Assembly: GCA_008690995.1 (NCBI GenBank)
Contig: VRMN01000010.1
Coordinates: forward strand, 248,001 to 312,000
Direction of reading: 5' to 3'
Source of the DNA: Porphyridium purpureum
Lineage: Eukaryota
Length of the DNA stretch: 64,000 nucleotides
In this document: in pieces, positions 1 through 9,986 of the stretch
How positions within the stretch are numbered: the stretch's first letter is position 1
How the letters are laid out: each line of letters starts with the position of its first letter
Program-made: the position numbers and the translations under genes
The notes under the pieces: model-generated
What the model saw: only the letters and a program-made list of their open reading frames with translations
Told to the model about the DNA's origin: nothing
Databases searched by the model: none

Positions 1-504
1 ACCAAGCTATTTGTCTGAGGCCGTTCTGCGCCAGACTCCCTTTTAATGATCTTCTTCTGCCGATGCCTACTCTTCCTTCCTTCACGTATTCTTATCTTAT
101 ATGTATTTGGTGTTGCATGGGTAAGAGGTATTCGGCGGTACACCTCGCGTCACTTGTGACAGCGAGAACTTGTTGCAGGTACCAAGTTCAACACCAAACT
201 TTCTTGCCTTTTATTTTTCTTCTGACTGAGACCGTCACGCAACCCGCTCCCCATTTTATACCCTTCACAAGACTCCAAGTCTATCACATTTGACGTGCCT
301 GACCGCACGGAAAATCGCCATTCCTCACTGACGCACCGCGCCAATGCGCCCTTCCAGAGCATCCTGCGAACGGCGCACTCTTTTGACTGCCTCGCGCTCC
401 AACTCGCCTTCAGCGCGTCGCTTTTCGAGCGCTCCAGTAATTGCCTGTAACAAACTTTCCCAAACATTCGAACACTGTACACACTGTACTTTAGTGAACA
501 AATA

Positions 505-1948
505 AAGTGCGCACAAATAGGATAGGACCCCCTCTACTTTTTTCCGACTTCATAGTAAATTCGATGGTTTTACTATGTAGGGTAGCTTTTTCCAACTTAA
601 GTACAGTAAGAAGCGCGCGCAAAAAGGATAGGACCGGGGAAGAAGATCGGCGAAAATCCGGAGCTGGGCGTGGACAGGTAGCACAGAGTTTGACCATTGT
701 GCAAGCGCATTGTGGACACAGCCGCTCAGCTACCATGGGGCGCAAAAACGGGCTTTCGGAGCGCGAAAAAGGGTCCATTTTGGCCTTCAAGGCAGCCGGT
801 GACAGTCTGCACGCAATATCGGGCAAAGTAAAGCGCTCCCGCAACGTCATTCGCCGCTTTTTGGCAGATCCTGATGCCTACGGCTTGAACTACGTTTCGG
901 ACAACGCATTGAAGCTCACGCCAGCCGTTGTCAAGAAGATCACAAATGTTGCAAGGTCAGGACAGTTTTCTACAGCACGCCAGGTGGCGAAGAAGTTGCG
1001 CCTGCGCGGGGCAAAGAACATCGAATCGTTGGCAACAATCCGGAAAGCCATGCATCAGGAGTTTGCCTTCCGCCGGATGCCAAAGAATCCGCCTTTGACA
1101 GTGGAACGTAAAGGCAAAAGATTGGACTGGGCCAGAGCGCATATGGCGTTCGGCGAGAAGTGGAAGAAAGTTGTCTTTACGGACGAAAAGAAGTTCAATC
1201 TGGACGGCCCGGATGGATTCCATGCCACATGGATGGATAAGACGAAAGTCCCTGTTGCTTGCTGGTCTCGTCATAGTGGTGGTGGGAGCCTCATGGTTTG
1301 GGGTGCAATTTCAAGCCGTGGAAAAGTGTGCCTTCACTTTGTTGAAGGCACGGTGACTGCTGACAAGTACGTGCGCATGCTGCAGGAGAAAGAGCTCTTT
1401 CCGAAATGCCGAGCAGTTCTGGGCAATGACTTCATTTGGATGCATGACAACGCGAAACCGCATACGGCAAACCTGACAGCAAACTTTTTCCGAGCGCAGA
1501 ACGTTAATGTTATGCAGTGGCCTGCGTACTCACCAGACTTTAACATTATTGAGAATGTCTGGGGCATTCTTGCTCGGAAGGTTTTCGAGGGTGGAAGACA
1601 ATATACGACCGTGAACGGACTGAAGAGCGCTGTTCTTGCTGCATGGTACACCATCGAGCAGGCTACCATCGACAACCTGTATTTGTCTGTGGAGGATCGC
1701 TTGTGGGAATGTACGCGCCGCGATGGTGGATATGTGCAGGGTAATCCGAGTCAATTTCGCTTTCGTCTTGCTTCGTAATTGCTCGGGCAAAGTTGGGGGT
1801 CCTATCCTTTTTGACCCTCTGTTTGGTCACTTTCCCTCTCCCTTCTTCCGTACCTTGTCCTTTTCATAGTAAAAACCTGTCTTTTTTATATGGAACTCTA
1901 AAATTGATTAAAATTTGGTAGGGGGTCCTATCCATTCTGGTCGCACTT
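505..1948 (+). mobile_element. Tc1/mariner (Tc3-like, DD34E) DNA transposon, apparently full length (~1.44 kb), flanked by TA target-site duplication
   Basis: Left end TA|AAGTGCGCACAAATAGGATAGGACCCCCT (TA 503-504) matches the reverse complement of the right end TA|AAGTGCGACCAGAATGGATAGGACCCCCT (TA 1949-1950). The motif GGATAGGACC occurs at 520-529 and 626-635 and inverted at 1798-1807 and 1924-1933. The element encloses a transposase ORF. Confidence 0.9.
735..1778 (+). CDS. Tc1/Tc3-family transposase (347 aa)
   Basis: ATG at 735 (MGRKNGLSEREKG) begins an HTH-like N-terminus. Catalytic motifs VFTDEKKFNLDGPDG, WMHDNAKPH and WPAYSPDFNIIENVW are present, with 34 residues between the second D and the E. 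No stops or frameshifts. Confidence 0.95.
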   Translation: MGRKNGLSEREKGSILAFKAAGDSLHAISGKVKRSRNVIRRFLADPDAYGLNYVSDNALKLTPAVVKKITNVARSGQFSTARQVAKKLRLRGAKNIESLATIRKAMHQEFAFRRMPKNPPLTVERKGKRLDWARAHMAFGEKWKKVVFTDEKKFNLDGPDGFHATWMDKTKVPVACWSRHSGGGSLMVWGAISSRGKVCLHFVEGTVTADKYVRMLQEKELFPKCRAVLGNDFIWMHDNAKPHTANLTANFFRAQNVNVMQWPAYSPDFNIIENVWGILARKVFEGGRQYTTVNGLKSAVLAAWYTIEQATIDNLYLSVEDRLWECTRRDGGYVQGNPSQFRFRLAS

Positions 1949-2073
1949 TAAGTACAGCAGCACTGTACTTAATTCATGCGGTCGAATGTATTTTTTAATT
2001 TTTGCGCTGCGGCGCGAGACGCGAGTGCGAGGACGACAGGAGGGAGAGAGGGAGGGAAGCACAGACAAACAGG

Positions 2074-3744
2074 ATGGGATTCGTGTTGAGCGGAGGGAGT
2101 ACAGGCGTGACGCAATGGCGCGCGATTCCAGACGCGCGCACCGCGGCATCTTGTGTGGCGGAACGCGCGGTTTGGGTTGCAGGATGTCGAGCAAGGTGGC
2201 GCGCGAGCGTCATGCCGAAGAAGAGGATGCACACACGCAGGAGCAAAATGGTGACATGGATGATGATGTCCAGCGCGAGTTTCAGGGCAAGGCCTGGTGG
2301 GAGTGAGGCGCTGGGACAGGAGGATGAAGAGGATGGCGTGAGGCCACAGTATCAGAGCACAGAGCAGACGTTTGCGGAAAGCGCCGGCCGCGATTTGTAT
2401 TTTCAAGGGATGGATGAGGCGCTCGCGCAAAAAGTGCTCCTGGCGCCCGCGCACGAGCTTGATGACGCGTCCGAGCGTTACATTGCGGCAGAACGACTCA
2501 AGTTTTTCCCGTCTGAAGCTTCGACGCGCGCGTTGATAAAGTGCGTTACGTCGCTGCCCATCCAGTGCTTGGATGACCGCGTGGCAAGAAGGAAAGCCGT
2601 CGAAACGCTCGGACGTTACGCCGGCCGTTTTTGCCGCGATGAGGTTTTGATAGTACTGCGCGGCTGCTTACGCGATGACGATCCGTATACGGTAGAGGTG
2701 GCCGTTTGGGCCATTTCACAAATCGGAGCGGGCGCCAGCGACGAAGCCGAATCGGTGCATCCTGTGCATGCAGAGCTCGCTGCACTCCTGGAACAGTCGG
2801 GGCTAGAGCAGCAGGTGAACCAGCGCGTCGTGATCCAGGCACTGCTGCGACTTGGCGCTTCGAGCGCAGTTGATAAGATCCGCCCTCTGATCGAGTCTAT
2901 CGACGGCGCAACTGCTTCCGCGGCGATGCTAGCCGTTCGAGAGTTCTCTGGCGAGTCAGACTTTATGCATCGGTTCATGGACTTGCTGAGAAGCGACGAC
3001 CTGAATACGCGCCGCGCCGCAATCGAAGACGTCACTTTGAGTGCGTACGCGCCGGCGTTGGAAACGGTGGCAAAGCTGCCCAACAGCCTTGTTCTGCGCA
3101 GTCGCGCAGTGCGCAAAATTCTCGACGCGCAGCGCGACAAGGGACAGCTCGGTGGTGAAGAATTAGACGCCGACACAGCGTGCCTGCTGGATCAGTTGAT
3201 TTGGGACCATCCAGAAACCATCGACCTGCTCGGTCTGAGAAACGAGACCAAGAAGAGCCGCGCGCTGGATCGCAACGTAGACCGCTTGTACAAAAACGAC
3301 GCTCGTCAGGCGTACTTGGCACAGCTTACCATTGCGCTAGAGCACAACAATGACGCCGCTGCACAGAGCGTGCTGGCCTCGTACGAGGCGCTGCCATATT
3401 TTGATTACTTCGCAGCTTACCACGTGTTCAAGACGCTGGGGTGGCTAAAAGCTGCCTCGGCAGAATCGATGCTCCTGGAACAGTTTAGGACGCTTCCACC
3501 TCGCTTCTTCAATCACCAGATCGGCGCGGGGCTTGCACTAGCGTCCATTGGATCTCGCGATGCGCTTCCAGACATTTTAGCCATTGGCTCATCCACCAGA
3601 ATCTGGGAGCTCAAATACGCATGCTTGATTGCGGCAGAGCTGCTCGATGATGGTGGAAAATTGCGCGAGCAACTTTCCCACGACTCGGACTGGCTCATCC
3701 GTGCTCGCGCGAGGAGCAATTCAGACCTTTCGCGTCTGAGGTGA
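2074..3744 (+). CDS. cpeY: Phycoerythrobilin lyase CpeY homolog (HEAT-repeat E/F clan), plastid-targeted
   Basis: Motifs RYIAAERLKFFP, ARRKAVETLGR, YTVEVAVWAI, DHP, DYFAAYHVFKTLGWLK, IWELKYA and DSDWLI are colinear with cyanobacterial CpeY as recalled. The N-terminal MGFV...Arg/Ser-rich extension is typical of red-algal transit peptides. Confidence 0.85.
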   Translation: MGFVLSGGSTGVTQWRAIPDARTAASCVAERAVWVAGCRARWRASVMPKKRMHTRRSKMVTWMMMSSASFRARPGGSEALGQEDEEDGVRPQYQSTEQTFAESAGRDLYFQGMDEALAQKVLLAPAHELDDASERYIAAERLKFFPSEASTRALIKCVTSLPIQCLDDRVARRKAVETLGRYAGRFCRDEVLIVLRGCLRDDDPYTVEVAVWAISQIGAGASDEAESVHPVHAELAALLEQSGLEQQVNQRVVIQALLRLGASSAVDKIRPLIESIDGATASAAMLAVREFSGESDFMHRFMDLLRSDDLNTRRAAIEDVTLSAYAPALETVAKLPNSLVLRSRAVRKILDAQRDKGQLGGEELDADTACLLDQLIWDHPETIDLLGLRNETKKSRALDRNVDRLYKNDARQAYLAQLTIALEHNNDAAAQSVLASYEALPYFDYFAAYHVFKTLGWLKAASAESMLLEQFRTLPPRFFNHQIGAGLALASIGSRDALPDILAIGSSTRIWELKYACLIAAELLDDGGKLREQLSHDSDWLIRARARSNSDLSRLR

Positions 3745-3834
3745 TTGACCTTTACGACAAGATTTGTACATGCGAGGGTTCACGTTTGGGATGCTGACCG
3801 CGCGCATAAATTATGCTTTGTCGGCGTGTGTGCG

Positions 3835-4959
3835 TCATCTGTTCCCGAGAGCGTCGCGGTAGCCGATGCTATTCAGATCTAGACCTGAAACGCCATGCCC
3901 GTCGTTCAGCAGGAACGCGCGCAGTACGCGCAAGATGCCTTCTAGAGCGTCGCGAGACGGCACGTTGAAATCAAGAATTTTTTCGACGAGAGCGCGCAGC
4001 CAGCTCGGCAATATGTAAAACAGCTCACTGAACTGGTGATGGCTTAGCCCTGCGGTATTCTGGAGCACATGCACGCGACTCTCATTCTGTCGCAACGAAG
4101 CGACGCAAGCAAGCACTCGCCCGAGCGAGTTGGCACCTTGGATGCACATGAAGTTGTGCACGGCGTCGAGCTTGTGTTTGCGATACACATCGGCTGAACA
4201 GATGCGCAGAGGCGCATCCAACAGGATCACAGTACTGAATCGCTTGTCCTGTACGGCTGCCTCGAGCGCCGTGTCTCCTCCAAGTGAGTGCCCGACGACA
4301 AGCGCATCGCCACTTTCGCTCACGTCCAGTCGCGTACCCCAACAGGCATCTTGAAGGATGTAATCGAACGCTGCGCGCACTTCCAGCACACGTAGAGCAC
4401 ACTGAGCCTCGCCAATCTCATGCCTGTTCTTTTGCGGAAGCAGCAGCGCTGTTCCGTCAAAGTGCGCTGTGATCGCACACACGAGGTATCCGCAAGCCGC
4501 GATCTCTGCACAAATTGCGGAATATGCAAACCCAGCTGCGCCGCGTCCGTGACTGAAAACAGCAAACTTGAGTCGCGACGGCTGCCGCACTTGTTGCTGC
4601 ACTTGGTCAGGAAGGACATGCTTGCGCTCAGCTCGCATGTCCTCGAACCAGGCGAAGTTTGTCGTCGTAAGCAAAGCCATCCATGCTATGAGCTTTCCCG
4701 CAATGCTGAACGACGCAGCGCTACACGTCCGCATCAAACCGCCCGGCACCCATGACGCTGTGCGCCCTGACTGACACGGCGACCGTCCGGCCTCGTCGCC
4801 TTCATGTTGAACTGGGAAGAACAAGCGCGCGTGGAGCACATGCGGCGTTGCCGGGCTCGGAATTTCCACGTCCGTGCAGCCTATGCACGAGCGACCTGTC
4901 CGCCGAGGCGCAGGGGTTTGCAGTGTTTGACCCAGCTCGTCTACGCGCAGTCTCAACAT
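3835..4959 (-). CDS. PAF-acetylhydrolase-like alpha/beta hydrolase
   Basis: FSHG..., YSAICAEIAACGYLV, nucleophile elbow GHSLGG, LDAP and HHQFSE give a putative Ser-Asp-His triad. Start taken at the first ATG (4959). Confidence 0.75.
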   Translation of the reverse strand: MLRLRVDELGQTLQTPAPRRTGRSCIGCTDVEIPSPATPHVLHARLFFPVQHEGDEAGRSPCQSGRTASWVPGGLMRTCSAASFSIAGKLIAWMALLTTTNFAWFEDMRAERKHVLPDQVQQQVRQPSRLKFAVFSHGRGAAGFAYSAICAEIAACGYLVCAITAHFDGTALLLPQKNRHEIGEAQCALRVLEVRAAFDYILQDACWGTRLDVSESGDALVVGHSLGGDTALEAAVQDKRFSTVILLDAPLRICSADVYRKHKLDAVHNFMCIQGANSLGRVLACVASLRQNESRVHVLQNTAGLSHHQFSELFYILPSWLRALVEKILDFNVPSRDALEGILRVLRAFLLNDGHGVSGLDLNSIGYRDALGNR

Positions 4960-5089
4960 TGCGGAGATCACACACCTGCGACATCGGTGGTGCAGACGTC
5001 CTTGTGTCGGGCACTTGATAATCGGAGGAGCGTTCGAAGCGCTTTTGCCGGTAAAGAGTCGGCAAGGCGCCGGGCACACGAGACAAGCG

Positions 5090-6307
5090 ATGGGGCTGCG
5101 GTGGCGCCCGAGTGTGTCATATGACGCGCATTGTCCGTTATTCAGCGTGGGGTGGAGTTGGGGAGATGCGACGCGCGGGTTGTTGGCCGTGAGCACCTTT
5201 GTCGATGAGTACGAGCGTGATCATCCGCAGGACGCTCAACATGAGCTCCAGGTGCTCCATGTTCCCATAGATACGCCGGCTTCGTCGACATCCGATCCGA
5301 CATCGGACAGAACAGAGGCCGTCACGTGTCTTGGGCGCGTGCCGTACAAGCTGCCTGCCACCAAAGTGGGCTGGATCCCGGACTTCTCTGGCATGCAACC
5401 GCACCTGCTGGCGACAAGTGGCGATGCCTTGAGGATATGGAGGGTTTCTGAGCGATCGTCCTCCTCTGCGGCCGTGGCGGAGCGCGCTGCAAAGGACGAT
5501 GGCTTTGCCGGAGCGGATGTGCTGGACGCTTGCGCGGCAGACTGGGCGCCGCAATATGACATCACGCCGCACTGCGAGCTGAGTCGGATCAAGATGAGTG
5601 GTATAGACGCAGGACCAGGAGGCCGCGGCCAGGATGCCCCGTCCACGTCGTTTGATTGGAACGAGACCGATACGTCGTTGCTCGGCGTCTGCTCGATTGA
5701 CACGACATGCAGCCTGTGGGACATTACGCAGCAGCAGATCCGTACGCAGCTGATCGCACATGACAAGGAAGTGTATGACTTTTCTTTTGGGCCAGGCACT
5801 GACTTGTTCGCAACATGCGGTGCGGATGGCTCGATTCGCATGTTTGACCTGCGCGATCTCAACCGCTCCACGGTACTCTATGAAAATGCGACGAGCACGC
5901 CGCTGCTGCGCGTCGCATGGAACTCTCAGAACCCTCATTATATTGGCTGCGTGACCATGCGCTCGCACAAGATCATCATTGTAGATATTCGCATGCCATC
6001 CGTGCCGGCAGTGACACTCGAGCAGAACCAGTGCGTCGATCTGCCCGAAGTGGGCTTGGCGCGCGCTGCCTCACACGACTGTGTGACCGGTATTGCGTGG
6101 GCGCCATTTGCAGATCATGTTCTGCTCAGCGCAGGTGACTCGGGCGTCGCAAGCCTTTGGGATCTATCTGATACCAGTCAGGGTAGACCCATGCCGGCGC
6201 TTTCGTACAACGCTGGACGCACGATCCACGGCGTGCAGTGGTCGCCCGCTGATCCCAACTGGATAGCTCTGACGGCAGGCTCGCAGCTGCAGGTGATTTA
6301 TTGCTAA
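5090..6307 (+). CDS. DCAF7: WD40 protein of the DCAF7/AN11/TTG1 family
   Basis: Hallmarks PATK..WIP, LLATSGD.LRIW, TSFDWNE, SIDTTC, TQLIAHDKEVYD, GADGSIRMFDLR, PLLRVAWN. Confidence 0.9.
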   Translation: MGLRWRPSVSYDAHCPLFSVGWSWGDATRGLLAVSTFVDEYERDHPQDAQHELQVLHVPIDTPASSTSDPTSDRTEAVTCLGRVPYKLPATKVGWIPDFSGMQPHLLATSGDALRIWRVSERSSSSAAVAERAAKDDGFAGADVLDACAADWAPQYDITPHCELSRIKMSGIDAGPGGRGQDAPSTSFDWNETDTSLLGVCSIDTTCSLWDITQQQIRTQLIAHDKEVYDFSFGPGTDLFATCGADGSIRMFDLRDLNRSTVLYENATSTPLLRVAWNSQNPHYIGCVTMRSHKIIIVDIRMPSVPAVTLEQNQCVDLPEVGLARAASHDCVTGIAWAPFADHVLLSAGDSGVASLWDLSDTSQGRPMPALSYNAGRTIHGVQWSPADPNWIALTAGSQLQVIYC

Positions 6308-6359
6308 CTCGGACTCTCTGACGAGTCGAACGTACATAATAAAACCACACGGACAAACA

Positions 6360-7109
6360 TCAGTCTGTTTCCGCAATGCTCACCAGGTACGCCTCTATTT
6401 GCGCCTCGGTAAGGCATGTGAACTTGGGCTGCGCCTTGGAGCATACGGCAACCTCGATTTCAGACGCTTTGAACTCGGTACCCAGCGTGCTCTGCAGGGC
6501 AGATATGGCCGTCTCGATGACACGCTTTTCGTCCATGTTTGCATTCGACTCGTCATTCTTGAGGTTCTTCTCAAAGTAGTTGGCGACTTCCTGGTCCTTC
6601 TGGCCCGCGGCGCACGCGCGGTAGCCCACATAGTAGCCGGCTGGATCACACTTGAACAGCTGCGGACCGGTCTCCTCATCCATGCCGATCACGAGCAGCG
6701 CGACGCCGAACGGCCGCATGTACGCGTGCTGTGTGTACATCTGGTTGCGATCTGCGATCCGGCCCGAAAGGTGGTCCACTGGAATTTCGTACCCGTACTC
6801 ATGCTGAAAATCGGCTGCCTGCGATCGCGCGTGCTGCACCAGCGCCTTGGCGTCTGTCGAAATGCCCGTACCGACACATCCATGGTTCGCAGACAACCTG
6901 AACAAATGCGTGACAGAGCTCGGATCAATCAACTTATCCGCGACCTTCTTCTGTGTCACAACGCACACGGCGTCCTGTCCCCTCACTCCCAACGACGTCA
7001 TCTCGGCATTCTTCACCGCCTTGAACGCATACTCCACCTGATACAACCGGCCCTCCGGCGAGAAGATCGTGATGTGCCGATCATATCCGGCGCTACTTCC
7101 CCGACTCAT
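6360..7109 (-). CDS. PSMA6: 20S proteasome subunit alpha type-6 (alpha1)
   Basis: MSRGSSAGYDRHITIFSPEGRLYQVEYAFKA; TQKKVADKL; KCDPAGYY. Confidence 0.97.
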   Translation of the reverse strand: MSRGSSAGYDRHITIFSPEGRLYQVEYAFKAVKNAEMTSLGVRGQDAVCVVTQKKVADKLIDPSSVTHLFRLSANHGCVGTGISTDAKALVQHARSQAADFQHEYGYEIPVDHLSGRIADRNQMYTQHAYMRPFGVALLVIGMDEETGPQLFKCDPAGYYVGYRACAAGQKDQEVANYFEKNLKNDESNANMDEKRVIETAISALQSTLGTEFKASEIEVAVCSKAQPKFTCLTEAQIEAYLVSIAETD

Positions 7110-7532
7110 CTCGCCCTCACACGTATCCACACGTATCCGAACACACGTCCTCTCTCTTCTCTCTCTCTCCCTCCTTCTCCTTCCCCTCACGCTTTCTCCT
7201 TCGCATCCAAATCCAGCACGTCAAATTCTCGGCATAGTAAAACACACCCACTTTACTATACCATCACTGTACACCCGCCAACCCTTCTTCTTGTTGTGAT
7301 TAAATGAGCGCAGTTTGGTAGGCTTTCTTAACGGTTTAACCTCTTTCTGGCGTCCGGTTTAGGAGCGGTGGTCGGCTGAACCGGTTTGCGGAAGTGGAGC
7401 AGCACGTTTGCACGCTGAGGGAGCAACGTGAGTGCTTGCGATTCTCCGTGCTTGGCGCTCCACGGCCACGGGATGCGCCATGCTAAATCAGATGGACCGG
7501 GAGCCCTCGTTTGATGTTGAGACAAGACGTGC

Positions 7533-8754
7533 TCAAGGTTGTAAATATTCGCCAGTCGCAATGAGACGGACAAAAGCTCGAAGAAATGTCGCGCGGGGAG
7601 AAGGCGAGGACAATATCCCGAAGCCGCGGCTACTTTCTGCAGCAGTCGCGGTCGCTTCTTTACCCACTGCCTTCCCTACCGCCTCTGCCACGTTTATCCC
7701 GTCATCGGCGGAGGCTGAAATGATTTGCAGCTGTGCACGCCGAGGTCGCCTTTTCTTGGATACCCTGTCAATACGGGTCTGAAGGTCTTCAGGGACCGAT
7801 GTCTCGATCTCAACTTGGGAAACGTGCGCCGAAACTGAACATTCACACGAACCCGTGTACAGCGCGCTCACTTAGATCTCTGAATTTGACACTCGACATA
7901 GATTCATCATTCCCTGATCTTATTTGTACTCTTCCGCTTCCGCTTCCAGCGCCACATTCAAGAACCGCGTGCAGAGGCCACCAAACATACCACTGGAATA
8001 GCCCAAACCCTTTCCGCCTGTAGGTCAACCTGAGGCTGACTTGGACAACGCACCCTCTCGATCGTACACAACATGTGTCGAGCTCACGCTCTTTGTAAAC
8101 GCAAGCTTCTCGCTCTAGACCAAGTAAACGTATGCATTCTTGGTGTGCTTCGTGAAGGTTAACGCTTCGACTGGAAAGCTACCAAACTCGGGTGGCACCG
8201 GAAATGGAAATGGCTCTCAATCGTTCAACGTACAGCGCGTCTCTATACCGTTCTTAGAGGCAGCATTCTTGTCCAGCAATGCCAGATTGTCTGCGCGTCG
8301 CGCAAAAAGCTGGTCCTTTTCCCAAGTGAATGACACGGTCGACTCGTCTGAGACCACAGTGGGCGATTCACACATGCTGAACACAGAGTAAAAGCCAACG
8401 CCAAACATACCGATCGATGTCTCGTCTTTTTTAGCTTTTGCAATCGAGCCGCGCCTGGTCTTGCTCCCGAAAAGGAAAATCAGTGTTCTCTTCTGCCAGT
8501 TGTGTCGTAAGGGTTCGACTGTTTGGACGATTCTTGCTGGCTTCGTAAGCGTTCCCTTGCGACGAAAAGTGGAGCCCAATGGCGTCTGCATGTGTGTTGT
8601 CGCAATTCTGTGCAGGCGCAAGCTAGGTCGTGAATGCAGCACAGTATCACGCCAAGCTCTTGTCCACGGGGCGGTCCATCTTCACCGTTACTTTCACGTT
8701 GGTGCTCGTCACCGGGGTGTCGCCCAGCAACACCAGCCGAGAGATATGATTCAT
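7533..8754 (-). pseudogene. Decayed GHKL/HSP90-like ATPase gene (resembles fungal/protist HATPase-DUF3684 proteins), N-terminal part only
   Basis: From ATG 8754 the frame reads VTVKMDRPVDKSLA*YCAAFTT*LAPAQNCDNTHADAIGLHF, with stops at 8647-8649 and 8623-8625. After a frameshift it reads DETSIGMFGVGFYSVFSMCESP..FTWEKDQLFARR, with a further stop near 8217 and more fragments down to about 7533. Confidence 0.7.
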
Positions 8755-9986
8755 GACTGACACGACAGGACCGCGGTAGTCCAAATGCCCGAGATGAGCG
8801 TGCGCGACCGGCAGTTCGCCGGCTGCAACGACACGTACAAAGGCCTCACGTTAGAGCTCCGCGACAGCACGAGGCGCGCGCGGCGCGAGCTGGCCGGCCT
8901 TATTTCGTGACGGCCAGTACCGCCGTCACTTTAGTTTTCGTTTCACCGACACAGCGCTACGTACGAGAAAATTTGCGCAGGTGCTGTACGTATGCGAGAC
9001 GGTGCAGTGCACAAAGGGCAACGCTGGAAAAAAAATTCCCGACAAAAGCCATCATTTTGAAAGCTAGCAATCGTCTCGGCGATTGCTCACGTACGAATAC
9101 TCCCTGAATCCGCCGCTGCGCAATGGAGCGAGTCGAGACCGCAAATACCACCATCCACGACCCAGACTCTCCTGGTGCTTGACGAGCCTGCTCCACGAAA
9201 ACGCTGCTTGGCCAAGCGTCAACAGACAAGGACGTGGACACCTCCGATCACCGGCGCCGGCCACTGTACGGCGGCACGCGACGTCGAGCATCCCAATGCT
9301 GCAGATCGGTCGAACGGCCATTTGCTTGACAGATCCAGCGAAGCTGCGCTTGAGAAAGCGCGTCTCAAGCGGCACCGAGTTGACAATGAATACTCTTCAG
9401 ATAAAGCGAGTTGGATAGTTTCGCGGCGCGCATGCCAGCCTGATGCCTAATTACCGCCGGTTGATACGCGTACGGCCTGTCATTCTGCAGCCATTGTTGC
9501 CCCGGGAAGATACGCATTTGTCAATATCCCTCATGGCGCAGAGCAAATGAAGCACCTTCCACAACCACGCATCGCGTCGTTTTGGTATTTGAAACCCGAG
9601 GAGCACGCCAGAGCCACCAAACTCAAGTAACCCAAGGTCATCGTGTGCAGAACTACCGGTGGACACGGTCGCGCCATGGTACGGCAGTGTGCCCAGCCAC
9701 ACCAAGCGCGCGAGCTTCTCGCCACCACGCAAGAGTGTCGTGCAAACGTCGTCTTCCTGTCTCCCGTATAGTTCACGCGGCAGCGACGCGCTCACGGAGA
9801 CTTCGGCGGGTGTTCAGTTGGATCGAGGCGGGGGTACGGTATGTACAGCGACTGTGTACAGTGATGGTGTACAGCGTGATGAATTAGGTTGTGTACAGTG
9901 ATGAGGTACAGTGATTGACAGAAGTTGTGGCGCGTGGACACACAGAGAGAGAGAGGAGTGGATGTGGGTGGCTGCGTGGGATTGAG

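Noticed and set aside
507..734. N-terminal extension of the transposase ORF from a GTG
   Set aside because: It runs through the left terminal repeat; ATG 735 gives a normal-sized Tc1-type transposase.
6399..7307. Long antisense ORFs over PSMA6 (and similarly over PDK, dusA, lplA, CHD)
   Set aside because: Expected by-product of high GC3 codon bias.
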